A stretch of DNA of 42,912 nt. Origin: Marinobacterium sp. Lineage in GTDB: Bacteria > Pseudomonadota > Gammaproteobacteria > Pseudomonadales > Balneatricaceae. Under the pieces are notes generated by a model. It did no database searches and was not told where the DNA came from. It worked only from the letters and a program-made list of their open reading frames with translations. The stretch lies in contig JBFGZM010000001.1 of assembly GCA_041586815.1 (NCBI GenBank), forward strand, positions 1-42,912. The letters are read 5' to 3'. Positions 1 to 9,528 of the stretch are shown piece after piece. A program made the translations under genes and the position numbers. Position 1 is the first letter of the stretch. Each line of letters starts with the position of its first letter.

Positions 1-203
1 GACCGGAACAGTTTGACGGAATGCAAGTACCCGAGGTGCTGCTGGGCGGCAATCACGAGGAAATCAGGCGCTGGCGCCTGAAACAGCAACTGGGCCGAAC
101 CTGGACAAGGCGCCCGGACCTGCTGAAAAACCTCGAGCTGGATCGCGAGCAGCAGACGTTGTTAAACGAATACATCCGTGAGACCCAGAGGTCCGACGGT
201 TGA
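1..203 (+). CDS. trmD: tRNA (guanine-N1)-methyltransferase, 3' part only (truncated by window edge)
   Basis: C-terminal TrmD motif [17 protein letters not shown]...[10 protein letters not shown]; lies directly upstream of rplS; frame is open from position 3. Confidence 0.93.
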   Translation, partial: PEQFDGMQVPEVLLGGNHEEIRRWRLKQQLGRTWTRRPDLLKNLELDREQQTLLNEYIRETQRSDG

Positions 204-225
204 ATACTCACTCTAGGAGCGAGCG

Positions 226-582
226 ATGAGCGGCAAAATCTCTATCATTCAGCAGATCGAAGCTGAGCAGATGGGTAAACAGGTACCTGAATTCGGCCCC
301 GGTGATACCGTTGTCGTACAGGTTAAAGTGACTGAAGGCACGCGTACGCGTCTGCAGGCGTTTGAAGGTGTTGTGATTGGCAAGCGTAACCGCGGCCTGA
401 ACTCTGCCTTCACTGTGCGCAAAATCTCCCACGGTGTGGGCGTTGAGCGTACTTTCCAGACCTTCAGCCCGACTGTTGACAGCATTGGTGTCAAGCGTCG
501 CGGTGACGTGCGTCAGGCCAAGCTGTACTACCTGCGCGAGCGCAGCGGCAAGTCTGCACGTATCAAGGAAAAGCTGGGCTGA
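226..582 (+). CDS. rplS: 50S ribosomal protein L19
   Basis: [15 protein letters not shown]...[10 protein letters not shown]...GVGVERTF...[14 protein letters not shown]; AGGAG RBS. Confidence 0.98.
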   Translation: MSGKISIIQQIEAEQMGKQVPEFGPGDTVVVQVKVTEGTRTRLQAFEGVVIGKRNRGLNSAFTVRKISHGVGVERTFQTFSPTVDSIGVKRRGDVRQAKLYYLRERSGKSARIKEKLG

Positions 583-604
583 GCCCTGGCTCACCTCAAT
601 CTTT

Positions 605-633
605 AAAAGGGCGGCCTTCGGGTCGCCCTTTTT
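605..633 (+). terminator. Rho-independent terminator after rplS
   Basis: aaaagggcggcc-ttcg-ggtcgcccttttt stem-loop with U tract. Confidence 0.9.
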
Positions 634-660
634 GCGTTTGGGCCTAAAGCGGGGCTGTCG

Positions 661-689
661 TTGGCCTGTTCGCGATTTGTCGCTATGAT
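661..689 (+). promoter_or_regulatory. Putative sigma70 promoter for the 746..2194 gene
   Basis: TTGGCC (661-666), 17-nt spacer, TATGAT (684-689), just after the rplS terminator. Confidence 0.4.
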
Positions 690-745
690 GCCTACTATTA
701 AGATCTCTGTAAGCCGGTACTGACAGACTACAAGGAGCTGCAGTT

Positions 746-2194
746 ATGCGGAAGTTGTTCAAGTTGCTGGGATTTTTGATGGTGCCGGTGCTGGTTGCCG
801 GAGGTGCCTACGGGTACTACTGGTATCAGGTCAAAAGCTCCGCGGATCGCATGGTTGAAGCTGCGGCGCCCTTCGCAAAAATTACTTATGCCCGCGTTAT
901 TGCCGGGCTCGACGGGGGTGCCGGCATCGGTGGTGTGCAGGTGACTCCGCAGGGTAGCAAGGATTCTCTGCTGATCGGTTCCGTGCTGTTCCAGGCTCCG
1001 GATCCGCTGTTTTACCTCGATGCCGAGAAAACGCTGCGTGAAGGCAGCTGGCCCGAGCACATGTCGCTGTCGATCCAGGGGCTGGAAATGAGGCTCGATG
1101 CGGATTACCTGGCGCAATGGGAGGCGATGGGGCAGTCCTTCGCGGTGCCGCAGGAAGGTGTCGGTTTTGAAGCGCTTGCCTGTGGGGACGTACAACGCTT
1201 CGATCTGGCGACAACCCGCGCGATGCAATACCAGAAGCTGAATATGGACATGCTGGTGGCGATGGACTTTATGCCCAAGGCTCAGTTGTTGCGCCTGCGT
1301 TCTGATGTCAGCGTTGCCGACATGGCCCAGACCAGCTTCTATGTCGACCTGTCCCTGGCCAGCAATGCACTCTCGGCTGCCTCGCTGGTGCAGGCGCAAC
1401 CTGCGCTGGAGCGTGTCACGCTGGACTACAGCGACCTGGGCTATAACAGCAAGCGCAACCGTTTTTGTGCCCTGAATGGTGGTTATGCGCCGGGCGAATA
1501 CCCGCAGCGGCACAGTGAAATGGTACAGGCCGAGTTGCAGCAGCTTGGCTGGTCCCTGCCTGATACCCTGGTGAAAGCCTATGCCGATCTGCAGCATCCA
1601 CAGGCGATCCTGCAGGTGGCTGCCGAGCCGCCGCCGGGGTTCGGTGCTCAGTCCATGGCGGAGATCTCTTCCCCCGAACAGCTCCTAGACCTGCTCAATC
1701 TGCGGGTTTCGGTGAATGGCGTGCGTCAGGATCTGAGTGCTATCAGCTGGTCGCTGAGCCCGAGCGAAGCGGTTGCCGCCACCGAGGGTGCAGCCGAGGA
1801 CCTGCCTGCCGATGTGATGCAGCCGGAGGTGCTGGCTGCCGGTGTTGTTGAAAAGAGGGCGCCGCAGGAAGACCTGGTGGTGGAACTGGAGCAGCCAAGA
1901 CCGGAGCCGGAGCAGATGGTTACCCTTATTGATCCCGATGTCGTGCAGGTGATGCCAGGTATCGTGGTCAAGGCCAAAGCGGCAGAGAAAACCTACAAGC
2001 CTACCGCTGTGCAGCAGGTACATGGCTATGCTGGCCAGAAGGTCAAGCTGCGCACCTATTTCGGGCGTCGTATCGAAGGTACTCTGGTGCGGGTGGCGAA
2101 TGGACACCTGGAAGTAGAGCAGCGCCTGGACCGTGGAGTGGCAGTGTTCCCGATTGCCGCTGACAAGGTGGCAGAGCTGTCTGTCTGGCGTTAA
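746..2194 (+). CDS. Hypothetical protein with N-terminal membrane anchor, acidic linker and small C-terminal beta domain
   Basis: 482-aa ORF with AAGGAG RBS; hydrophobic N-terminus LLGFLMVPVLVAGGAYGYYW; no family recognised. Confidence 0.8.
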   Translation: MRKLFKLLGFLMVPVLVAGGAYGYYWYQVKSSADRMVEAAAPFAKITYARVIAGLDGGAGIGGVQVTPQGSKDSLLIGSVLFQAPDPLFYLDAEKTLREGSWPEHMSLSIQGLEMRLDADYLAQWEAMGQSFAVPQEGVGFEALACGDVQRFDLATTRAMQYQKLNMDMLVAMDFMPKAQLLRLRSDVSVADMAQTSFYVDLSLASNALSAASLVQAQPALERVTLDYSDLGYNSKRNRFCALNGGYAPGEYPQRHSEMVQAELQQLGWSLPDTLVKAYADLQHPQAILQVAAEPPPGFGAQSMAEISSPEQLLDLLNLRVSVNGVRQDLSAISWSLSPSEAVAATEGAAEDLPADVMQPEVLAAGVVEKRAPQEDLVVELEQPRPEPEQMVTLIDPDVVQVMPGIVVKAKAAEKTYKPTAVQQVHGYAGQKVKLRTYFGRRIEGTLVRVANGHLEVEQRLDRGVAVFPIAADKVAELSVWR

Positions 2195-2240
2195 GCAGGC
2201 GGTGCTGGATATCGAAGGCGACCGCCGTTTGCGTCAGCGT

Positions 2241-3137
2241 ATGCCGGATGCCGCTGATCAGCGGGACATAGAGCGTTATATCGACGCTATCTGGCTTGAA
2301 AAGGGTTTGAGTGCCAACACGCTGGCATCTTACCGGCGTGACCTCAGTCTGTATGCCTGCTGGCTCAATGATCAGGGCGTCGTCCTGCTGGCTGCTGACA
2401 GGGCGCTGTTGCGGCGTCATCTTGACTGGCGGTTGCAGGCCCGGCTCAAGGCGAGCTCTACGGCGCGCCTGCTTTCCTGTTTGCGCGGTTTTTATCGATA
2501 CTGGATTCGCGAGGAGCGGCTGACGGATGATCCCACGCTGCAAATCGACAGTCCGCGCCGGGTTCGTCCACTGCCAAAGACCCTGACCGAAACCGATGTC
2601 GAGCAGTTGCTGGCGGCGCCGCCGCTGGACGATGCGCTGGGGTTGCGTGACCGAACCATGCTCGAAGTGCTCTACGCAACCGGATTGCGTGTGTCGGAGC
2701 TGGTGGGGCTGTCCTGTACTCAGGTGAATCTGCGCCAGGGTCTGGTGCAGGTTGTTGGCAAAGGCAACAAGGAGCGGCTTGTGCCTCTGGGGGATGAGGC
2801 CGTGCACTGGTTGCAGTGCTACCTGAGACAGGGGCGGGGAGAGCTGATTGAGGCGGGCTCGGATGTGCTTTTCCCCAGTCGGCGAGGCCAGCAGATGACG
2901 CGTCAGACATTCTGGCATCGTATCAAGCTCCACGCCCTGGCTGCCGGTATCGACAAGCCGCTGTCACCCCATGTGCTGCGTCATGCCTTCGCGACCCATC
3001 TGGTGAATCATGGCGCTGACCTGCGTGTGGTGCAGATGTTGCTGGGGCACAGCGATCTATCGACCACGCAGATTTACACTCAGGTCGCGCAGCACCGATT
3101 GCAGTCTGTTCACCGCCAGCATCACCCTCGGGGCTAG
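2241..3137 (+). CDS. xerD: Site-specific tyrosine recombinase XerD
   Basis: WLEKGLSANTLASYRRDL, LYATGLRVSELV, GKGNKERLVP, HVLRHAFATHL, LGHSDLSTTQIY; upstream of dsbC. ATG 2241 chosen as start (GTG 2202 possible). Confidence 0.95.
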   Translation: MPDAADQRDIERYIDAIWLEKGLSANTLASYRRDLSLYACWLNDQGVVLLAADRALLRRHLDWRLQARLKASSTARLLSCLRGFYRYWIREERLTDDPTLQIDSPRRVRPLPKTLTETDVEQLLAAPPLDDALGLRDRTMLEVLYATGLRVSELVGLSCTQVNLRQGLVQVVGKGNKERLVPLGDEAVHWLQCYLRQGRGELIEAGSDVLFPSRRGQQMTRQTFWHRIKLHALAAGIDKPLSPHVLRHAFATHLVNHGADLRVVQMLLGHSDLSTTQIYTQVAQHRLQSVHRQHHPRG

Positions 3138-3210
3138 CCGCGCCGGGGAACTAATCGTTACCTGTCTCGTCTGAGAAGGTCTATACACATTTACTGAATT
3201 TGAGGGTTTT

Positions 3211-3960
3211 ATGCATAAATCACTCCTGGGTGCGCTTCTGGTGCTGGGCTTCAGTGGGGCGCTGCAGGCTGCCGAGAATGATGCCGGGGTCACCGAGATC
3301 ATTACCCGGCAGTTGATGAAGGTTGACGCGCGCATTCCCGTCGAATCTGTTACCAGGGCTCAGGTGCCGGGCATGTATGAGGTTGTGCTGGGGACCGGTG
3401 AAGTGCTTTATGCAGATAAAGAGGGTGAGTACTTCATGCTTGGTCAGCTTTACAAGCTCAGTGATGACAAGGGCTTTGTCAATCTGACAGAGGAGCGTCT
3501 GAATGCCCAGCGGGTGGCGCTGATGGGCGGAGTGGCGACAAAGGACCTCATCTCCTTCAAGCCTGAAGGTGAAGTCAGGGCCACCATTGCGGTATTTACC
3601 GATGTTGACTGCCCTTACTGCCGCAAGTTGCACGATGAGGTTCCCAAGCTCAATGCCATGGGCATTCAGGTGGACTACCTGGCATTTCCTCGCGGTGGGG
3701 AGGCCACAGAAGCCTTTACCAAGATGCAGTCTGTCTGGTGTTCGGCACCGGAGCTGCGTGCGGATAACCTGACCCAGGTCAAGCAAGGCAAGTCCATTGA
3801 TGAGCAGGTCTGCCAGTCGCCGGTCATGGATCAGTTCGAGCTGGGGCAGAAGGTTGGTGTCACGGGCACGCCGGCGCTGGTATTCGAAGACGGCAGTCTG
3901 GTGCCGGGCTATATGCCGGCGGCGCGTCTGGCGCAGATGCTGGGACTTGCGCAGCAATAA
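3211..3960 (+). CDS. dsbC: Periplasmic thiol:disulfide isomerase DsbC
   Basis: Signal peptide, VFTDVDCPYCRKLH active site, GVTGTP cis-Pro loop; xerD-dsbC synteny. Confidence 0.93.
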   Translation: MHKSLLGALLVLGFSGALQAAENDAGVTEIITRQLMKVDARIPVESVTRAQVPGMYEVVLGTGEVLYADKEGEYFMLGQLYKLSDDKGFVNLTEERLNAQRVALMGGVATKDLISFKPEGEVRATIAVFTDVDCPYCRKLHDEVPKLNAMGIQVDYLAFPRGGEATEAFTKMQSVWCSAPELRADNLTQVKQGKSIDEQVCQSPVMDQFELGQKVGVTGTPALVFEDGSLVPGYMPAARLAQMLGLAQQ

Positions 3961-4084
3961 ACATCCTTCGGTGGCGCGATGCTGTCGTGCCACCGGATGC
4001 TCCACCCTCCTTCCGCAATGCCCGTCCGGTAAATTCATCCGCTATCTTCTGCCTGTTCCTATCCAAGTCAGGCCCAACACCCGT

Positions 4085-4090
4085 TATAAT
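4085..4090 (+). promoter_or_regulatory. Putative -10 element for hom-thrC
   Basis: Perfect TATAAT about 70 nt upstream of the hom start; no clear -35. Confidence 0.4.
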
Positions 4091-4159
4091 ACCCACCCAT
4101 TTTTACCGCGGATGAAGAAAGTTCATCCGGATCGACTCAACAGCGAGTGAGGTATTGAT

Positions 4160-5461
4160 TTGAAACCGGTTAAAGTTGGTATCTGCGGTCTTGGTACCGT
4201 AGGCAGCGGCACTTTCAACGTGCTCAAGCGCAATGAAGACGAAATCAGTCGTCGTGCAGGCCGTCATATTGTGGTTTCTCAGGTGGGCGCACGCCGCGAA
4301 AACCCGAACGCTGATACCACTGGCATTGACATGACCAGCGACATTTTCGCGGTTGCGACCAATCCGGAAATTGACATCGTGGTTGAGCTGATCGGTGGCT
4401 ATGACGTGGCCCGCAAGCTGGTGCTGACGGCCATTGAGAACGGCAAGCATGTCGTCACAGCCAACAAGGCGCTGATAGCCGTGCATGGCAACGAGATTTT
4501 CGAAGCAGCCCACAAGAACAACGTGATTGTGGCGTTTGAAGCCGCTGTCGCCGGAGGCATTCCGATCATCAAGGCGATCCGCGAGGGCCTTGCGGGCAAC
4601 CAGATCAACTGGCTGGCGGGTATCATCAACGGTACCGGCAACTTCATCATGACCGAGATGCGCGAGAAAGGGCGTGACTTCGCCGATGTCCTGGCAGAGG
4701 CCCAGGCGCTGGGCTACGCCGAAGCGGATCCGACTTTCGATGTTGAAGGCATTGACGCCGCTCACAAGCTGACGATCCTGGCCTCCATCGCATTCGGTAT
4801 CCCGCTGCAGTTCGACAAGGCCTATACCGAAGGCATCAGCGCCATTACCCAGGATGACGTTACCTACGCCGATGAGCTGGGCTACCGTATCAAGCACCTG
4901 GGTATCAGTCGTCGCACCGCGGAGGGTATCGAACTGCGCGTACACCCGACGCTGATTCCCAAGCCGCTGCTGCTGGCCAATGTCGAAGGTGTCATGAATG
5001 CGGTGATGGTCGACGGCGATGCCGTGGGCCAGACCCTGTATTACGGTGCCGGTGCCGGTGCCGAGCCCACGGCGTCTGCCGTGGTGGCGGATGTGATTGA
5101 CGTGGTGCGCATGCTGGTATCCGAACAGGGTCATCGTGTACCGCACCTGGCTTTCCAGCCGAGCGCGCTGTCCGATCTGCCCGTACTGCCGGTGGAGGAA
5201 ATCGAATCCGCCTACTACCTGCGCATTCATGCTATCGAACGGCCCGGTGTGCTGGCGCACATCACCAAGATCTTCGGTGACAACGGCATCAACATTGAAG
5301 CTATCATCCAGAAAGAGACCACCGCTGATCAGGTACCGGTGATCATTCTGACCCAGCGGGTAAAGGAGCGGGTGATGAACGATGCCCTGGCCCAGGTCGA
5401 GGCACTGGACGATATTCTCGGCAAGGTCACCCGCATCCGTGTCGAGTTGCTGAAGGATTGA
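4160..5461 (+). CDS. hom: Homoserine dehydrogenase (with C-terminal ACT domain)
   Basis: GLGTVGSG, VVTANKAL, FEAAVAGGIP, GIINGTGNFI, GYAEADPTFDVEGIDAAHK; TTG start with GAGGT RBS. Confidence 0.96.
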   Translation: MKPVKVGICGLGTVGSGTFNVLKRNEDEISRRAGRHIVVSQVGARRENPNADTTGIDMTSDIFAVATNPEIDIVVELIGGYDVARKLVLTAIENGKHVVTANKALIAVHGNEIFEAAHKNNVIVAFEAAVAGGIPIIKAIREGLAGNQINWLAGIINGTGNFIMTEMREKGRDFADVLAEAQALGYAEADPTFDVEGIDAAHKLTILASIAFGIPLQFDKAYTEGISAITQDDVTYADELGYRIKHLGISRRTAEGIELRVHPTLIPKPLLLANVEGVMNAVMVDGDAVGQTLYYGAGAGAEPTASAVVADVIDVVRMLVSEQGHRVPHLAFQPSALSDLPVLPVEEIESAYYLRIHAIERPGVLAHITKIFGDNGINIEAIIQKETTADQVPVIILTQRVKERVMNDALAQVEALDDILGKVTRIRVELLKD

Positions 5462-5471
5462 GGATACGAGC

Positions 5472-6866
5472 ATGAAATACATATCGACCCGCGGTCAGGC
5501 GCCGGCACTCAATTTTGAAGAAGTGCTGCTGGCAGGTCTTGCCAGCGACGGCGGCCTCTACGTGCCCGAAACGCTGCCGACCTTCAGCAAGGAAGAGATC
5601 GCCTCCTGGGCGGCGCTGCCGTACCACGAGCTGGCATTCAAGGTCATTCAGCCCTTCGTCAGCGACTGCATCAATGATGCGGACCTGAAAAAAATGGTGG
5701 ATGAAACCTATGCCGGCTTCGACCACCGCGCCGTGGCGCCGCTGGTGCAGCTGGACAGCAACGAGTGGGTGCTGGAGCTGTTCCACGGTCCAACCCTGGC
5801 GTTCAAGGATTTCGCACTGCAGCTGCTTGGCCGCCTGATGGATCATGTACTGGCCAAGCGCGGCGAACGTCTGGTTATCATGGGCGCCACATCCGGGGAT
5901 ACCGGCTCTGCTGCCATTGAAGGCTGCCGTCACAGCGACCATCTGGATATCTTCATCCTGCACCCCAACAAGCGGGTGTCGGAGGTGCAGCGTCGCCAGA
6001 TGACCACCGTGAAGGCCGATAACGTTTTCAATATCGCGCTGCAAGGCAACTTCGATGACTGCCAGCAGATGGTCAAGGACAGCTTCGCCGATCAGACCTT
6101 CCTCAAGGGGCTGAAACTGGGTGCTGTGAACTCGATCAACTGGGCTCGCATCATGTCCCAGATCGTGTACTACTTTGCTGCTTCCCTGGCAGTGGGTGGG
6201 CCGCATCGCGAAGTGGCTTTTTCCGTACCGACCGGCAATTTCGGCGATATTTTTGCAGGTTACCTGGCCAAGCAGATGGGTCTTCCCATCGCGCAGCTGG
6301 TTGTGGCGACCAACCGCAACGATATCCTGCACCGGGTGATTTCCGGCAACGACATGAGCCGCGGCGAGCTGGTGCATACGCTGTCACCGTCCATGGATAT
6401 CATGGTGTCGTCCAACTTCGAGCGTTTGCTGTTTGATGTGTATGACCGTGATGGCGCTGCCATCTCCGATCTGATGGCACGTTTTCGCACCGAAGCGGTA
6501 CAGCTCGATGACGCGCGCTGGACCAAGGTTCGCGAGCTGTTCGACAGCCAGGCCGTTGATGACGAAACCACCTGCAACCTGATTCGTCAGGTGCATGCCG
6601 AAACTGGCTATCTGCTGGATCCGCACACTGCAATCGGTCTGCAGGCCGGGCGCGACTGCAACCGCGATCGCAGCGTGCCGATGATAACCCTGGCGACGGC
6701 ACACCCGGTCAAGTTCCCGGAACCGGTTGTCAAGGCCGGGCTGGAGTCGCCCAAGCTGCCTGAGGGCATGGCGGATCTGTTCGAGCGGCCGGAGTACTAT
6801 GAAGTGCTGGCTAACGACCTGTCCGTGGTGCAGGCGTACCTGGCCTCCCATGTTCACAAGGCGTGA
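5472..6866 (+). CDS. thrC: Threonine synthase
   Basis: MKYISTRG, LASDGGLYVP, ELFHGPTLAFKDFALQ (PLP lysine), ATSGDTGSAA, SVPTGNFG. Confidence 0.97.
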   Translation: MKYISTRGQAPALNFEEVLLAGLASDGGLYVPETLPTFSKEEIASWAALPYHELAFKVIQPFVSDCINDADLKKMVDETYAGFDHRAVAPLVQLDSNEWVLELFHGPTLAFKDFALQLLGRLMDHVLAKRGERLVIMGATSGDTGSAAIEGCRHSDHLDIFILHPNKRVSEVQRRQMTTVKADNVFNIALQGNFDDCQQMVKDSFADQTFLKGLKLGAVNSINWARIMSQIVYYFAASLAVGGPHREVAFSVPTGNFGDIFAGYLAKQMGLPIAQLVVATNRNDILHRVISGNDMSRGELVHTLSPSMDIMVSSNFERLLFDVYDRDGAAISDLMARFRTEAVQLDDARWTKVRELFDSQAVDDETTCNLIRQVHAETGYLLDPHTAIGLQAGRDCNRDRSVPMITLATAHPVKFPEPVVKAGLESPKLPEGMADLFERPEYYEVLANDLSVVQAYLASHVHKA

Positions 6867-6892
6867 TGGCAACAGGGCCTGGTAGGTTGATT

Positions 6893-6925
6893 CCGATGCG
6901 GGAAGCCCGCGGCTTTTCGCATCGG
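6893..6925 (+). terminator. Stem-loop after thrC (possible terminator or stability hairpin)
   Basis: ccgatgcgggaagcc-cgc-ggcttttcgcatcgg; no clear downstream U tract. Confidence 0.4.
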
Positions 6926-6929
6926 CTGC

Positions 6930-7733
6930 ATGCCTGTGGATAACCTTTTTTTCCTCATCTCCAAGACCCTTTGGCTGGCAGTACAGCCCGATAACCTGCT
7001 TGTCTTGCTGCTGGTCCTGGCCACCCTGGGTCTCTGGTTGGGCCGTCGCTGGGCCAGATCACTGCTGAGCGTAATGGCACTGGTGATGGTTGCACTGCTG
7101 CTGATGCCGCTGGGCAATCTGCTGCTGGAACCGCTGGAATCGCGCTTCAGACCCTCGGCATTGCCCGAATCCGTGGCCGGTATCATGGTGCTGGGCGGTG
7201 GCGAGGATGCGGACCTGAGTGCCCGCTGGGGACAAAGCCAGTTCAACAGTGCGGCTGAGCGCCTGATGGTGCTGCCAGAGCTGATGCAGCGTTACCCCGA
7301 TGCCCAGGTGCTGTTTACCGGCGGCTCCGCTGCCGTGCTGGACGGGCAGTTTCGTGGGGCGGATGTCGCCAGAACCTGGCTTCAGACACTGCCTCCATCC
7401 CTGTCTTCCCACCCGGTGCTGTTCGAGCGCGATGCGCGCAATACCTGGGAAAATGCCCTTTTCAGCGCCCGCCTGCTGGGGGGCGTGCCGGAGCAGCCCT
7501 GGTTGCTGGTAACGTCCGCTTTTCATATGCCTCGCTCTGTGGGGATTTATCGTCAGCTTGGCTGGCAGGTTGTGCCTTACCCGGTGGATTACATCAGCAC
7601 GAATGACTATTTTCGGCCGCAGTTCGCGCTCAATCTGCGCGATCTGGTGGTAGGTGTTCGGGAGTGGATCGGCCTGCTGATCTACCACCTGACCGGGCGC
7701 ACCAGTACGTTTTTTCCGGCACCGGAGGCCTGA
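6930..7733 (+). CDS. YdcF/DUF218 (ElyC/SanA-like) membrane protein
   Basis: Two N-terminal TM segments; IMVLGGG, LFTGG, ARNTWENA, LVTSAFHMPRS, PYPVDY motifs. Confidence 0.88.
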   Translation: MPVDNLFFLISKTLWLAVQPDNLLVLLLVLATLGLWLGRRWARSLLSVMALVMVALLLMPLGNLLLEPLESRFRPSALPESVAGIMVLGGGEDADLSARWGQSQFNSAAERLMVLPELMQRYPDAQVLFTGGSAAVLDGQFRGADVARTWLQTLPPSLSSHPVLFERDARNTWENALFSARLLGGVPEQPWLLVTSAFHMPRSVGIYRQLGWQVVPYPVDYISTNDYFRPQFALNLRDLVVGVREWIGLLIYHLTGRTSTFFPAPEA

Positions 7734-7737
7734 TGCC

Positions 7738-9474
7738 ATGACGGACATACAGATCGAACGTCGGCCGCAACCGGACAGCACCCTGCCGGTATTCAGCGAA
7801 ACCCACCCGGTATTGGCGCGCATCTATGCGGCCCGCGGCGTACAGTCGCTGCACCTGCTGGGACGCTCCCTGAGCGAGTTGCTGCCGGACTCGGGTCTGC
7901 ACGGGCTGGATGCCGCCGTGGCACGGCTTGTCAGGGCCATTACCACCGGCGAGAGCATTCTGATTGTCGGTGACTTTGACTGCGACGGCGCCACCAGTAC
8001 CTCGGTCGCAGTGCTGGCGCTGCGCATGATGGGCGCGGCAGAAGTGGGCTACCTGGTGCCCAACCGGTTTGAATACGGTTATGGCCTGAGTCCGGAAATC
8101 GTTGATGTGGCGCGCGAGCAGAAGCCGCACCTGCTGGTGACTGTGGATAACGGCATTTCCAGCCTGGAGGGCGTTGCCCGCGCCAACGCCTGCGGCATGG
8201 ATGTTGTCGTTACCGACCACCACCTGGCCGGCAGTGAACTGCCGGCGGCCTGTGCCATCGTCAACCCCAACCAGCCGGGCTGTGGCTTTATCGCCAAGTC
8301 GACCTGCGGCGTGGGGGTCATTTTTTACGTCATGATCGCGTTGCGCCGTGCCCTCACAGCCAGTGGCTGGTTTGTACAGCAGAACATGGCGCCGCCGAAC
8401 CTCGCCAGCCTGCTGGATTTGGTCGCACTGGGTACGGTCGCCGATGTCGTGGCGCTGGAGCACAATAACCGTGTGCTGGTGCATCAGGGCTTGCAGCGTA
8501 TCCGCGCCGGCAAGGCGCGTCCCGGACTGCGAGCCCTGATCGAGGTGTCCGGGCGCATTCAGTCGCGTCTGGTAGCCAGTGACCTGGGTTTTGCGCTGGC
8601 GCCGAGACTCAATGCCGCCGGCCGGCTGGAAGACATGTCTATCGGTATCGAGTGCCTGCTCACCGAAGATCCTGATCATGCGCTGGCGCTTGCGCGCACG
8701 CTGGATGAGCTGAACCGGGAACGCCGGGGTATAGAGCAGGAAATGCAGCAACAGGCGCTGCAATCCCTGGCGCAGCTCGAGCTGGATGAATCCGAGTTGC
8801 CGATGGGGCTTTGCCTCTACGATGAAAACTGGCACCAGGGCGTAATCGGCATTCTGGCATCGCGTATCAAGGAGCGGGTGCACCGCCCGGTGATCGCGTT
8901 TGCGCCCGGCGACGATGGCGAAATCAAGGGCTCGGCGCGTTCAATCAGCGGCTTCCATATCCGTGACGGCCTTGATGCCATCGCGGCGCGCTATCCGGGC
9001 TTGCTTAACAAGTTTGGTGGCCATGCGATGGCGGCGGGCATGACGCTGGATACGGCACACTTTGACAAGTTCAGTGCGGCCTTTGACGAACAGGTGCGGC
9101 TGCAGCTTGATGCCGCGGCGCTGACACGCAGGCTTGTGACGGACGGTACCCTGGGGGCTGCCGAACTCAATGTGGAGCTGGCCGAGGTGTTGCGAGAAGG
9201 GGGGCCCTGGGGACAGCTGTTTCCGGAGCCGCTGTTCGATGGAGAATTCGGTTTGCTGCAACAGCGTATCGTTGGGCAGCGCCACCTCAAGCTGGTGCTG
9301 ATGGAGCCGGCCACTGGGCTGGCGGTCGATGCCATCTGGTTTAATATTGATACGGCGCTCTGGCCGGACACAACGGTGCAGAGGGTTCGGGTTGTTTATC
9401 GGCTGGATGTGAACGAGTTTCGCGGTCAGCGCAATCTGCAGCTGATGGTGGAGCACCTCGAAGCGATCGGCTGA
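7738..9474 (+). CDS. recJ: Single-stranded-DNA-specific exonuclease RecJ
   Basis: GDFDCDGATS, PNRFEYGYGL, TVDNG, TDHH (DHH motif), PRLNAAGR, KFGGHAMAAG. Confidence 0.97.
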   Translation: MTDIQIERRPQPDSTLPVFSETHPVLARIYAARGVQSLHLLGRSLSELLPDSGLHGLDAAVARLVRAITTGESILIVGDFDCDGATSTSVAVLALRMMGAAEVGYLVPNRFEYGYGLSPEIVDVAREQKPHLLVTVDNGISSLEGVARANACGMDVVVTDHHLAGSELPAACAIVNPNQPGCGFIAKSTCGVGVIFYVMIALRRALTASGWFVQQNMAPPNLASLLDLVALGTVADVVALEHNNRVLVHQGLQRIRAGKARPGLRALIEVSGRIQSRLVASDLGFALAPRLNAAGRLEDMSIGIECLLTEDPDHALALARTLDELNRERRGIEQEMQQQALQSLAQLELDESELPMGLCLYDENWHQGVIGILASRIKERVHRPVIAFAPGDDGEIKGSARSISGFHIRDGLDAIAARYPGLLNKFGGHAMAAGMTLDTAHFDKFSAAFDEQVRLQLDAAALTRRLVTDGTLGAAELNVELAEVLREGGPWGQLFPEPLFDGEFGLLQQRIVGQRHLKLVLMEPATGLAVDAIWFNIDTALWPDTTVQRVRVVYRLDVNEFRGQRNLQLMVEHLEAIG

Positions 9475-9528
9475 TGCAAGGCGGGGCTCTGCAGGCCCCT
9501 GATTCTGGTGATGAAAGGAAAGACGGTA

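Noticed and set aside
2241-3137. Tyrosine recombinase as a mobile-element integrase
   Set aside because: Sequence and xerD-dsbC synteny identify the housekeeping XerD; no att sites, dif site or cargo seen
6935-8150. Isolated perfect TGTGGATAA DnaA boxes at 6935 and 8142
   Set aside because: Single boxes inside coding sequence (PVDN and the conserved RecJ TVDN motif); explainable by codons
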